A stretch of 64,000 nucleotides of DNA from Vitrella brassicaformis CCMP3155 (lineage: Eukaryota; Protista; Chromerida), in assembly GCA_001179505.1 (NCBI GenBank), contig CDMY01000425.1, forward strand, positions 1 through 64,000, in the 5' to 3' direction. A program made the position numbers and the translations under genes. The notes beneath the pieces are model-generated. The model searched no databases. It saw nothing but the letters and a program-made list of their open reading frames with translations, and was not told the DNA's origin. This document shows, piece by piece, positions 1 to 12,004 of this stretch (position 1 is its first letter; each line of letters starts with the position of its first letter).

Positions 1-597
1 ACCGCATTTGCAGAGAGGAGTCTTGCAAGCATATCCACTACCAAGTCCATTGCACGATAGTCGGCGAGATCTCTTTCGTTAAGCGCCAGAAGCTCGACAA
101 AGTCGATGCGGCACTGAGGGACCTGCGAAAAGGCACTAAAGAAGGACCAAGCTCAACCAGCTGCATGAACGGACAAGAGAAACATCCCATCCACCACAAA
201 CTGGCGCGTTCGTGCGTTGTTCAGTCAGTGGATGCTTCTCGTTACGGATCTTGCTTTTTTTAAGAAGTTCGCGCCCAGAGAGACCCTTATTCGTTGATTT
301 TCTCCGCGCAAAAGAACCGCGATCTTTTTCAAGCAGCAGCGGTTTCAGGAAGCACCCTAGACGGCCTGACGGCCAAGCTTTATTCACTAACTTGCCGCTT
401 TAGGGTACATCGGTTACTTGTCCAAACGTGACAAAAAAACACAGAAGCTGTTCGACATATTCACGTGTCTGTAGTAGTGCGAGCAACACATCACCGCTAC
501 CGATTTCCCTTTTTTCTTCCATACGATCGCGATCGAACGTTTTGTCTGCCGGACGTGTTGTTTCTTAAAGACGCAAATCGAGCACTAGCCCAATTCC
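1..597 (+). pseudogene. Degenerate Helitron-like PIF1 helicase remnant, copy 1 (5'-truncated by window edge)
   Basis: Diverged direct repeat of ~1562-2114 (shared 'catttgcagagaggagtcttgcaagc...gcactagcccaatt'). Encodes broken HCTIVGEISFVKRQKLDKVD, like the PIF1 Walker B region. Confidence 0.7.
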
Positions 598-954
598 GAG
601 TAAGGGGCACCCACTGCGTGGGCACCCCGGGCCGCGAATTGGGCGAGGGTCGAAAAAAAAGCGTGCGAAGCGGTGGTACAATTATGCGTCACAGAGACGT
701 GCACAGCACGAGTGTTGACGAGAAGCACACCCACGCATGCAACAATAGCGAGAGTGTCAAAAACATGCAGATCTCGAAGACAGACGTGGCGATAACACGC
801 AGGTACTGAGAGGGCTGCAGTAGGAACACAAGACACGCCCTTGTTGAAGACGTGCTTCGCCAAGTATATCAATGCATCGCTGGATGCAATTGGATGTGAA
901 CCTATCGATATCCAGCGATGATATCAATAGACATGTATCAATCTAGCGCGCCTG

Positions 955-2114
955 TTGAAGGGGCTATTGAAGACTGCCTTCGATGACTATCAATCGGCTT
1001 GTCAATCAAATGGGAGCCGCCAGGATCAGCCCAACGATGACCTGCACCAGCAACGCAACACGGTAAATGAAATCGGCCACAGCCGCGCCACGTCAGATGA
1101 AGCAAGCCTCCTGAGTAGCTTCTCTTCGAGTGGAATGTCTTCACACACGGTGGTCACTCGATGGATGCCGCCGATCTCACTCGACTGCTGGCGCAGCCGG
1201 CGTCCGCATTCAAGCCGCCTGAGACGGTCGACGACACGACCTTCTCCGTTGAGTGGGCGAACCGTTACCGATTGAACGAAGAGCAGATGCGGGCGTTCCA
1301 AATCATCTGCAGCCACTTGCTGAACCACTACAAAGACCTGAGGGACAATAAATACATCGCGGCAGTGCGCATGTGCCTGACCGTCATGAAAGCCGTGGAG
1401 GCCTGTTCTGCTGAACTACAATGCAGACATTGGCTGTGTCTGGCGGCACTTGCCGGTGTGGCTGCAGATAACACCGAAGGCTCGACAATCGATTCGCTCC
1501 TGCGCCTCTTCGATGACCTCGAGAGGGGCGAGAAGAGGCTGCGGCGCAAGCGGGGAAGCATCATTTGCAGAGAGGAGTCTTGCAAGCGTATCCAGTACCA
1601 AGTCCACTGCACGATAGTCGGCGAGATCTCTTTCGTTAACCGCCAGAAGCTCGACAAAGTCGACCCGCCACTGAGGGACCTGCGAAAAGGCACCCAAGAA
1701 AGACCAAGCTCAACCAGAGAAGGGAGAAACATCCCATTCACCACAAACTGGCGCGTTTCGTGTGTTCAGTCAGTTGATGCTTACTTCCGTTATGGATCTT
1801 GCTTTTTTAAGAGGTTCGGGCCCAGAGAGACCCTTGTTCGTTGACTTTCTCCGCGAAGCAAGCGCGATCTTTTTCAAGCAGCAACTTTTCCAATAACTTG
1901 CCGCTTTAGGGCATATCCGTTTGGCGGTCACTGATCCAAACGTGACAAAGAACACAGAAGCTGTTCGACATATTGCCGTGTCTGTAGTACTGCAAGCAAC
2001 ACATCACCGCTACCGTTTTTTCCCTGTTTTCTTCCATACGATCGTGATCGAACGTTTTGTCTGACCGAACGTGTTGTTTCTTAAAGACGCAAATCAGGCA
2101 CTAGCCCAATTCGC
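955..2114 (+). pseudogene. Degenerate Helitron-like PIF1 helicase remnant, copy 2
   Basis: ORF 1161-1844 has PIF1 signatures: LNEEQMRAF...RMCLT, AALAGVAADNTEGSTIDSLL (cf. APTGVAAxNIxGxTIHS) and IVGEISFV (cf. IIDEISMV). Walker A GxGGTGKS is missing and Walker B shows D>G. No introns. Confidence 0.7.
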
Positions 2115-2193
2115 GGATTGCCAGCTTGGCAAGACGAACCACTGCGAGCTTGTGAGCTAGGGTATATTGCTGTGTAACGGGTGGAGAGAGGAG

Positions 2194-2226
2194 AAGACAA
2201 GGAAAGACAAGGAAAGACAAGGAAAG
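2194..2226. repeat. 10-bp tandem repeat (aagacaagga)x3
   Basis: Read directly from the sequence. Confidence 0.9.
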
Positions 2227-2613
2227 CATTCTGAGGAGACACGATCTTATCAGCCATCACCGAAGTGAGATCTGTGTTGACCACCCTTCATGATGCCATA
2301 CATGGACAGAAACAACTTTGACTGACTGGCCAGTCCATCGGTCTTACCAAGTAAAAGCACTCTTACTCTGGGACTTACCGCCCAGCAGATCCTCTATTCA
2401 GCTAACTACAGGAAAGGTCCTCACCGGCCTTTTTTTCGCACAGCTGTCAATAGTTTGGATGCGAACATGTAATCGACCGTCCCAGCGCATGGACACACGG
2501 ACAATCTTACCCTTAACTACCACGGAGCTGGAAGGGAGCTCAGGGCCATCGTCGCCATCTCCAACCGCACCGCTCTTCAGCCTTGTTCGCTTGTCTGCCG
2601 TCCCTCATCCTCT

Positions 2614-3113
2614 TTGGCGGCAGGCGTTGCCGGTATGGACCACCCGTCCTCTGCGCCACAAGATTCCTCGTCAGCGGAGCTGACGTTCGTCAAGGGCGGC
2701 GATGGCTCAGCCGGCTGCACCACTGCGGTCGACCTGAAGAGGTCGCTGAAGGAGGCGATGCAGGAGAACGAAACGCTCAAGCAGTGGCTGAGAGGGCTGG
2801 GCATGAGGATGAGCTCCATGGTCGTCAAGAAGGGAGAGGCCGTCCTCGACATACACTCGCCGCTTGACGGGGCTGTCCAAGCACACGACACTATCACAGG
2901 TACGTTGACGCGCACGGCTGCACAGACAGACAAGAGGGCGCCAGGCCAACCAGATGCGCCACTCATTGTCTGGCGTTCTCTGTGTGTGTTTGTGTTGCCC
3001 TCGCTCTCCATGCAGTTGACCACGTGTGTGCGGAGTGGGCGGCATCCCCGGCCAAGGGCGAGTGGGCACCGCCGAAGGAGGACCTCATCGCCATTGCAAG
3101 ACGACACAACTAA
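2614..3113 (+). CDS. Small two-exon hypothetical protein with short coiled-coil (possibly a gene fragment)
   Basis: Exon 1 is ...DLKRSLKEAMQENETLKQWLRGLG...DTIT. A GT-AG intron at ~2900-3015 joins in frame to DHVCAEWAASPAKGEWAPPKEDLIAIARRHN*. Coding-like composition; no family recognised. Confidence 0.35.
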
Positions 3114-3667
3114 GTGTCGTCCGTAGGCGCTGGTAGTTGGCAGCGACAGGGATGGATGTGTTGAGGTGATGTGCACTGTATCTATCTAGTAGTCTGCTGG
3201 ATGACAGACAGACACGGGAGGCTCTCCGGTCTGCGTGCCTTCGCTTGTTAGATAAGGTCCCGCAACTCGTACTTCATGGGTTGACGATTGGCGCATGAGG
3301 TGAGAGGAGCGGGAAGGCGTCAAACAAGCTGAAGTGGCCAGACCAGGAGCCAGCCGATAGTGTGTCACCATTTGTGGCAGTCCGCCTCTTGTGACAGCCT
3401 GCCTTCATTTGGACCTCCATGTACGTACGTGTTTGTCTTTAGTGTGTGCCGGGACGTGTGCCGGGGCCCAGTTCATGAGATGGGCCGGGTGGTGTTCATA
3501 TCACGCGGCTGCTTGCCGCATGTGCATGATGCCTTTGCGTACTGCGTGACCGATTCCCCCCACTGCGACCCTCAAACCCTGACCCTATACCCTACCACCC
3601 TGATCAATTCTCTCCCCTCCCTCCCTAGCTTTGTGCGCCTTTCTCTCCTTTCGCCGTCGCCTTACTG

Positions 3668-5797
3668 ATGACGACGCTTCTGCCGAATCGTCTCCCCGCG
3701 CCTCTTGTGGCGCTCGTCGCCGCCAGGGCAACCAGCACGACGGCTGCAGCACCAAGTGCAGCACTACAGACGAGGACGCTCACGGGAGGGGTGCGCTCAC
3801 CATGTAGGGCGCCGCCTGCAGCCCCAGCCCCAACACAGCCGCCTTTCTCATCGGCAATGGTTTTTTCCGAGAGAGGCCGGCGGTGTGTGGACTACAGCGG
3901 GCAGTGCAGGGCACTGTCGACGTCGTCGTGCCCTCCGTCGTCGTCGGCGTCAAACCGAGTCATGTCTGACCAGAAGCAAGAAATTTTACCGCCTGTGCCG
4001 GCAAAAGACCTCAGGACGCAGGTAAAGAAGTGGATGGGCGGACAGACAGACCTGGATACGACACGTGCCGTGCCACTGTGGCTGTTTATTGTCTGTCTGT
4101 TTGCTCGTTCAGTTTGTGTGTGCGGCCGTGCCTCTCATCGGCTTCGGTAAGCTGGTGATTCTACACTCACACAAACACCCACACCGGTGCAAGTCCGTCC
4201 ACAACGAATGGTGGGTGATGTGTGTATGTGATGGATGTGCAGGTTTCATGGACAACACGATCATGTTGCGGGCGGGGGAGCTCATCGATTCGACGCTGGG
4301 CGTCACATTTGGACTGGCCACCCTCACTGCTGCTGCTGTCGGTACGTACGCACAGCAATCAACGCAGACAATCACGAGCTGAGCTTCTCTCTCTGCAGGC
4401 CAGCTGTGCAGCGACACGTCAGGCATAGTGTTTGGCGGGTGGATTGAGGCGATGGCGCAGAGGCTGGGGCTCCCCACACCCAATGTCACACCTGCACAGA
4501 GGCAACAAATACCATTCAAGTAGGAACCAGGGCGGTAGGCACAAGACAGAGAGAGAGAGAGAGAGAGAAAGGCGATCTCTCTCGATCGCACAAACAAGTG
4601 GTGTGCACGTCACGTGTAGGGTTGTGACGACGGCCGGTGCTGCGGTGGGTGTGTGTTTTGGGTGTCTCTTGGGGATGGCCAACCTGCTCTTCATGAACGT
4701 CGACAAGGCCGAGCGGCAAAAGAAACAGAAGGAGGTACCCAATAGATAGATCGGGAGGGACGAGGGGGAGAGGATAGACAGGATGAGTGAGGATGAGATG
4801 AGACCTTAAGGCAGGCAGGCAGGTGGCTCTTCATCTCATCTGTCTTCTTCCGTGCAGCTCGACACCATATTCGAGATGGTCATGTCCGATGGGCCCAAAA
4901 TGTTCGACTGCGAGAGGGTAATCAACCAGTGAGTGACGCCACCGACCAGACCCACAGACACACCCAATCCAATGCAGTCACTACTCACTTCGCTTCGCCC
5001 ATCTGCGATGGATGTGTATGCAATTCAGGTGACGTTGTTCCTGTACGACAAGAGCAAGGAGGAGCTGTGGTCCAAGGTCGTGTCGGGCGAGCAGGAGGGC
5101 TTCCAGATCGTCCTCAAGACCAACGCAGCAGAGCAGGGCTTCACGCGATGGGTCTTCTACAACAAAACCATTGTCAACGTACGAGAGGCCAGAAAGGTAA
5201 GGTCGGTCAGATGCAATGCCAGAACACAGAGATGGAGAGATGGAGGGAAGGGCCACCCGCCATGGTCTATCCCATCCCCTCTTCGCCTGTGCGAGTGTGT
5301 ATGTGTCTGTGTATGTGTATGTGTATGTGTATGTGTGTGTCAGGATGCGCGCTTCGACCCGTCAGTGGACCACCGGACAGGTTTTGTGACGCGGTCGGTG
5401 CTGGCGGGCCCGGTGGTGCGTGAGGACGGCGAGGTCGACGGCGTCATCATGCTACTGAACAAGCACAACAGCAAGGGATTCACAAAGGTACCTACCTGAG
5501 CGACCCACTGACTCACACACAGAGGCACACAGTGTAGTGTATCCACCCGCTCCATCCCATGGACTGTCTGTCTCTCTCGTCTGGTCTGGTCTGTGTCTGT
5601 CTGTGCAGGATGACGAGCGAATGCTGCGCATGCTGGCCAACCACGTGCGCATCTTCATGGACAAGTTTGAGCACGACCCGTCCTCCAACCAGTCGGTTAT
5701 CTTCCTCAGAGCCCTCCCCTCGCGAGTGCGGAGGGCCGCCGAATCCTTCGGCAAGGAATCCAACAACGACACCACCGTATTCGCAACCTCCACTTGA
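3668..5797 (+). CDS. TMEM65: TMEM65-family membrane protein with C-terminal GAF domain (about 9 exons; N-terminus resembles a mitochondrial presequence)
   Basis: Spliced AAVPLIGFGFMDNTIMLRAGELIDSTLGVTFGLATLTAAAVGQLCSDTSG...GAAVGVCFGCLLGM matches TMEM65. It is followed by CERVTLFLYDKSKEELWSKV...DARFDPSVDHRTGFVTRSVLAGPV...GVIMLLNK...FTKDDE, a GAF domain with an NKxnFx3DE motif. Confidence 0.9.
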
Positions 5798-6993
5798 GGG
5801 ATGGTTTGTCAGCCCTCCACGTGTGTGTGTCCCCTGTGTGTGTGAGAGAGAGGAGTAAGAGAGAGAGAGAGACACGTCGGAGGGTTTTTCTCGCTCTTAT
5901 CGAGTTTTTCCGTGTGGATTCGCTTGCGAGTTTTTCGGTGTGTGACAGACGGCAGGATGGACAGACAGGCAGACTGACGGGTGTGTGCGGTGCATTGCGT
6001 TGCGGTGGGCGGCCTTCCTCACTCTGTAGGGGATGGACGGTCGATACGACGGATGCCAGACACACTGACCTGAGACACCTGTGTAGATGGATGGATGGAT
6101 GGATGGATGGACTCCGTTCCGTTCCCCTGCTAAGCTAACAAACCAAACCTGTGTGCCTGAATGGGTCACTTACTTGCGGTAGGTACTGACGTGGTACGCA
6201 CCTTTTCTGCGTGCGGGAGCGCGCCGGTGCCGTGTGTTGTGTATGTGCCGTCGCGTTGTGTGATGCGAAATACGTGTGTGTGTGTGTGTGTGTGGCACGG
6301 ATTGCGCGTACGTACTCTGTCCGTTTGTCCGTTTGTGTGGTGTGCCCATTGCGTATGGACAGAGAGGCGACCGGCAGACAGACATTGAGACAGACATTGA
6401 TATGGAGAAACCCATGCATGGACCTCCCAACCTACTCGGACGACGCATTGCATTGCAACCGACAGACATACAGCTGCAGAAATGTATGTGTGTGTGTGTG
6501 TATGGATGGCGGGCGGTTTTCACCACTTACTCCGCCCGCCTCTGTACGCATCTCATCCAGGTAGGTCGCCGCGTCTCGTATACGTACGTGTGTGTGTACA
6601 TTAACTACATAAGTGAGGGTAGCTGTCTGTGTCCGTGCGGCTGGATGGATGGATGCCGACCGGCACCTCCGAAAACAACAAACTCGCTGCATGTGTCTGG
6701 TGTGTGCACGTGTGTGTGCACTTAGGGTGGCTGACACTCACCCAGCCTGTGGGTCTGGCTGTCGACGTTGGTGTGAATCAGTGTGTGTGACTGCTTCGCA
6801 ATTCAGTTGTTGGCCAGGAAATCGTCGTATTCGCGAGCTCCACCGATACGATCGCCGATGAATGTGGTTGCTTTCGTTCCCTGTCCCCGCCCACTCCCCC
6901 CTGAAGTCGGCATTACCATGCATCCCGCTCTCCTCCCAATTGCCTCCACAGATCTGCCCCCGCCTCCCTCGCCCGCCTCTCCTTATATTGCGC

Positions 6994-8673
6994 ATGGCCG
7001 ACACCACGATGCCGACTGAGCAGCAAGACAGCCAGGAGCACGCACGCGACCCCAATCAGTCTGATCAGCAGCCACCCGCCGAAGACCCATCTCTGCCCTC
7101 CGCCATCGCTGCACCACACTTCGACCTGTCAGCGGCTGAACAGGCAGCAGGTGGGCTCTGCAGGCTGTGTCTGCATTCATGAGTGAATGAATGCTCTGTG
7201 GTTGTGGTGCGTGTTGTGTTGTGTTGTGTTGTGATTGTCGACCACCAGATGGTGTCGAGGCTCTCGAGTTGGCGGGAGTGCCTGCTGAGATGGTCACTGC
7301 CGCAGTGCGTCGGTTCCCCGGTGTGAGGGATCTGCATGTGGAAGATGAAGTGCTCGCCAGGCTCGACCAATTCAACTTCCTCATACAGGCAGGTGCACAG
7401 GCAGGCAGGCAGGGAGGTGATATCAATGCGATCCTTCTTGATTTGTCTTTCCTCCTCCTCCCTGGGCACTGTGTGCGCCAGGACGGCGCCCTCACGGTTG
7501 AGCAGACACACCGGCTGATAGCCAACCAGCCTTGGTGTCTGGAAAGGGCCATCAAGTAACCAGCAGGCAGCTGAAGCAAGACGATTCATTCTTTGTGCAG
7601 GATCTTGCAATCCTCTGGCCTATGCGTGCGTGACGACATACATGCAGGGTGGTGCACGAGTGCGAGGGCTACGTGGTGATCGACAAGCCCGACAATGTGA
7701 GGATGGACGTGCCCCGCACCAAGAGCCACAAGTACGACCGGGAGCTCACCGTGGCCGACTGGTTCAAGAGGAGATGCCCCTCGAGTGATAAAGTCAGGCC
7801 CTGCCACCAACTCGGTAGGCAGACCACCCCACCACACGCAATGCATTGACGGCAACCGTTCCTTCCTTGTGCTGTCTGTCGTCAGATCATGCCACATCTG
7901 GTGTGTTGGTGATGGGCAAGACGAAGGAGGCAACGGGCAGATGCGCTGTCCTCTTCAGCCAGAGGAAGGCCCGCAAACAGTACCTGGTACATACAGCAAG
8001 CAGACCGACAATCAATGCGTCCACCCCACCCTGACTCATCCTTCTGTCTGTAGGCCCTTGTGTACGGCCACCCGAGCTGGGACGAGACGACCGTCGATGC
8101 GGCCATAGAGGAGGACCCCAACCATGAGTTCAACATGCAGGTAGAGTAGACCAACAGAGCCACTTACGACGAGGAAAGTCAGAGAGACCACCTGATACGA
8201 TACGACGTTTCCTTTGTATGCAGATTTCTGAGAGCGGCAAGCCGTCTCAGACGGCCGTGAAAGTGCTCCAACGGTCCCATCTGGCCCTGGAGGGTCCACT
8301 GAAGGGCACCCCGGTGGCGAAGCTGCTTCTCATCCCAGCCACCGGTCAGACAGACAGCGGCTCCTCTACTCTGCAGCACTCACACATTTGCCGTGTGTGT
8401 GTGTGTGTGTTGTGCTGCGGTGTGTTGTGTTGTGTTGTGTTGTGTTATGCAGGTCGACGTCACCAGCTGCGGCTGCACTGTCGGCATGTGGGCCATCCCA
8501 TCGTTGGCGACTACCAATACTCGGCATACGGCAGGGGCCACGAGCCGCCGTCCTACAGGATGTGCCTACACGCCTACCGGCTGGAGCTGCCCTTCGACGA
8601 CGACGGCGAAGGGCAGCCTCTCGTGCTGGAGGCGCCCGACCCTTTCCACACACACGTGTTCCTTGAAGACTGA
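6994..8673 (+). CDS. RluA-family RNA pseudouridine synthase (RPUSD1-like)
   Basis: Spliced motifs VIDKP, CHQLDHATSGVLV (catalytic Asp), TGRRHQLRLH, GHPIVGDYQY and MCLHAYRL. Confidence 0.9.
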
Positions 8674-9191
8674 TGAATGAATGAATGGGTGGCTTGTCAA
8701 GCCGTTTCGGCAGCGGTTAGTTGTGGCTCCACGCTGGTGGTGGGTTTGTGTCTTGGTCTTGTGTTTGTCGTGTTGATAGCGGTGGTAGGCGGGCAGAGGG
8801 GGTGGGGGAGGGTGCGTGTGTGGGCTTTTCGGACCATCGCTTTGTTGGTTGGCTATCGCACCCGACCACAGCTGCCGATCGGGTGGTCGGAAGGGGTCCG
8901 GCTCTCATTCAGTGACAGCCCTTCCTTCCCCACCCCACAGAGCCACCCGTCCTTCACCAAGATGACAAATCCATGATGTACATGACGCCCATACAACTGG
9001 ACAGACGACAGACAACCGGTAGCAAAAAGCGCAACGACACACAAAAAGCAGTTTACTGACTCATTGCAGGCTCGCCGCGCCACGCCCCCACCTCATTCGC
9101 AGATCCAGCAGACCCCTCTAGAACCCCCCGCACCGATAAACAAAACTGCTGTCTGGCTGGATTCCCTCCCCCTCTCGACAGATCGATCAAG

Positions 9192-11610
9192 TCACATCCT
9201 TTGGTTGATGCTCTGTGTGCCGTTGGCCATCCTGCCGTTGTAGGGCGGCACTTGAGTGACGTGGCTGCATGCCCCTGCGCCCCCGTGCAGGTCGGGCCGC
9301 TCCTCGAGCGCCAGCCGCTCCACCTGGTCGCCGATGTGGTTGAGGGTGATGATCACGTCAGTACCCACACCCATGTAACTCTGAACAATCATGCAACATA
9401 CACAGACAGACAGACAGGGATGGAGGGAGGGAGGGAGGGGGCAGAGCGTGTCAACACACACAGTGAGACGGACAACACACACATACACATCAAGATGCGT
9501 ACCTGCACAGTGAGGTCGCCGCCGAAGTATCTGGCGAATGCGCGGCTGAGTGGGAGGCCGAAGCCGTAGCCAGCCATGTCAGCGCGGATGAAGTTGCCGG
9601 CGAGGTTCACTTGGTTGGCGGCACCGAAGTTAGCGTTGGAGTCGCTCACTGTCGAATACCTGACAATGATGGCATACGAGGGGAGACACACAGGGCGAGG
9701 ATGGATGGATGGATGGGCCACGAGGCCCCCTGGTCCCCGGCTCACCCGAACTCCCATATTTTGGCGAGCTTTGCTGGTGGAATGCCGCCGCCTGCAATCA
9801 TCGCATCCATGGAAGCCAGGTAGGACTACTGTGGCTGTCACTCACTCACTCCCTCGCCCATCCACCCTTCCCTCCCTCCCTCCGCCAAACTTACCTTTGT
9901 CTGATATTTTGATGATGACGTCTTCTTTGCCCTTGAAGACGTCAACCACCACCGGCGGCAGCTCAGACTCGTCAGTTATCAAGGCTGGTCGAGTCGACAC
10001 ACATACGACACCACACCCACATAGACGGGTGCATGTATGCATCATGCGCATTAGTGTGTGCGAACGCACGTGGCGGTGAGTCCTCCAGTGGTGACTGCAG
10101 CGAGTTGCCCATGGTGTAGAACTCCACAGTGGCACGCATGGAGTTCTTGAGGATCTCTGCACGCAACGCAACGCACACAGGATGACACAGGTGCGCGTCA
10201 ACAGGTGTGTGTGTGTGAGAGAGAGGTAAGGGTGGAGACTGACCGATGACGATGAGCGAGAGGTGTTCGGGTATGAATGGGAATGCCGTGTTGATATTCC
10301 CCCCAATGTTGCACAGAGGCGCTATCCCGTAGGTGTGACGGCACGACTCACGAACCTCCTCTGCTCGATCCTGACATACACATACGGACCGGACCGGACA
10401 CACAAGCATGGCGCCCGTCGTCACAGCACCGTCGGATCTCTCGTCTCAGCCCGCCCGCCTACCCTAATGACGTCTGCAGGCTTGCACTCCAGATTGATGC
10501 ACCCAGCCCAGCCGCTCTGTCAGACACGCACACACACACACACATGGGCGCGGTGCGGTGCGGTGCCTGACTGGATGGGATGCCGTGTGTCGGTTGGTAT
10601 GTACCGTACCCTTGGGTAGTGCAGTGCGACTAAATGGTCGATCATGGTCCGCCTGGATATGCGGAAGAGGAAGAACCGGTCGAGGAATGCGTCGATCTTC
10701 AGGTCGGGACACACCATCTGCAGCTGCTTCAAACCCTGACCCATGAAGTCGACTGCAGTGCACACACACACACACACACACGACAGACAGACAGACAGAC
10801 GGACGGACAGACAGACAGAGGGATGGGGGCAAGCCAGCTGCCTGTGTTTTCTGTGGTTCGTGCCTGTTCTGTCGTGGGCTCCTCTCTGCTCCTCCAGGAA
10901 CCTGCTCGTTCACACACACACACACACACACGCCATCGATCCATCCATCCGTCCCTGTCTGTCTGCATGGTCTCATTCACTCACTTGATGAAGTCGGTCT
11001 CCGCCTTTTTGCTGTCGATGGAAGGCACTTTCAGAAGCTTGGCAAACGTCTGAAACACACACCAACCACACACAAACACACATACTCATTCCCGCCTGTT
11101 TGTTTTCCTGCTGCCCCCTCCCCATCTGTATGTATGTACCATGTAGTAGGTGTCGTATGTTTGCCTGACGAAGGGGTTGCCGATGACGATGAAGGGCAGC
11201 CGGTGGAAATCATACAGACGGTGCGCCAAGCGAATGGACAGCTGCTGACGGACCCATTCAGCACTGACAAGACAGACAAACAGACACAACACAATCAATC
11301 ACCTCGTACATGCTCTTTCGTTAATTTCTCTTGTTGTCTGTCTGTCTGTCTGTCTGTCGCTTTGGTTCCTTTCTTGGTGTGTTACTTACTTTTTGATGAG
11401 TGCGCTATCGCCGTATGAGTTGGTCTGCAGCAGTGCCTGCATGGTCATGGGCTGGATGGCCGTCCGGTGCGCGTAGCTCTCGATGGCCCCTATCCGCTGC
11501 CACAGCTTGTCCAGGTTGCAAAACATGCCCTCCCCACCACCCGCAGCGCTCAGCCCCAGAGCACGCTTCCCCGCCGACATGGCAGCGTTGGTGGACACGA
11601 TGCTTGACAT
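9192..11610 (-). CDS. Mitochondrial pyruvate / branched-chain ketoacid dehydrogenase kinase (PDK/BCKDK family)
   Basis: Spliced motifs QQLSIRLAHRL, FLDRFFLFRISRRTMIDH, EILKNSMRATVE, IKISDKG and MAGYGFGLPLSRAFARYFGGDL (GHKL ATPase). Confidence 0.92.
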
Positions 11611-11887
11611 GGATAAGTAAGAAATGGGAAGACCAGGTGTCGAACGCCTCTCTCTAGAGGTGGGGAAAGGACTTGGCACGAGGACTGCCGTTCACACACA
11701 CACATCGATAGAACATTGACAACTCTTCTGTCCATTTCACAGCTCTTCTGCCTGCGTGGCTGTCCACACGCACACCTACCTGCACAGGTCGGCTGGACCG
11801 AGTTGTGCCGCTTCACGACTCTATTCGCCGAGGGAAATCATTGTTTGCATCATCTGTGAGAACACAGCTGCTGGGAGAGTAAATTCT

Positions 11888-11914
11888 AAGCTCGCAGAAG
11901 TCGGAAAGCTCGCA
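11888..11914 (-). promoter_or_regulatory. Two copies of candidate promoter motif TGCGAGCTT (reverse strand) between divergent PDK and SR-rich genes
   Basis: aagctcgca at 11888-11896 and 11906-11914. Confidence 0.6.
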
Positions 11915-12004
11915 AAGTTGGGAGTGCTGCAAGCCGCTCCTGCTCCTCACTAAGGTCCCCATCCCTTCCGTTAACGGCTTTCTTGCAGAAGAAGCGGAAC
12001 TCAG

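Noticed and set aside
5794-6990. Many overlapping ORFs rich in CVCVCV/HTHTHT
   Set aside because: Translations of (TG)n/(CA)n microsatellites in intergenic DNA; no domain signal.
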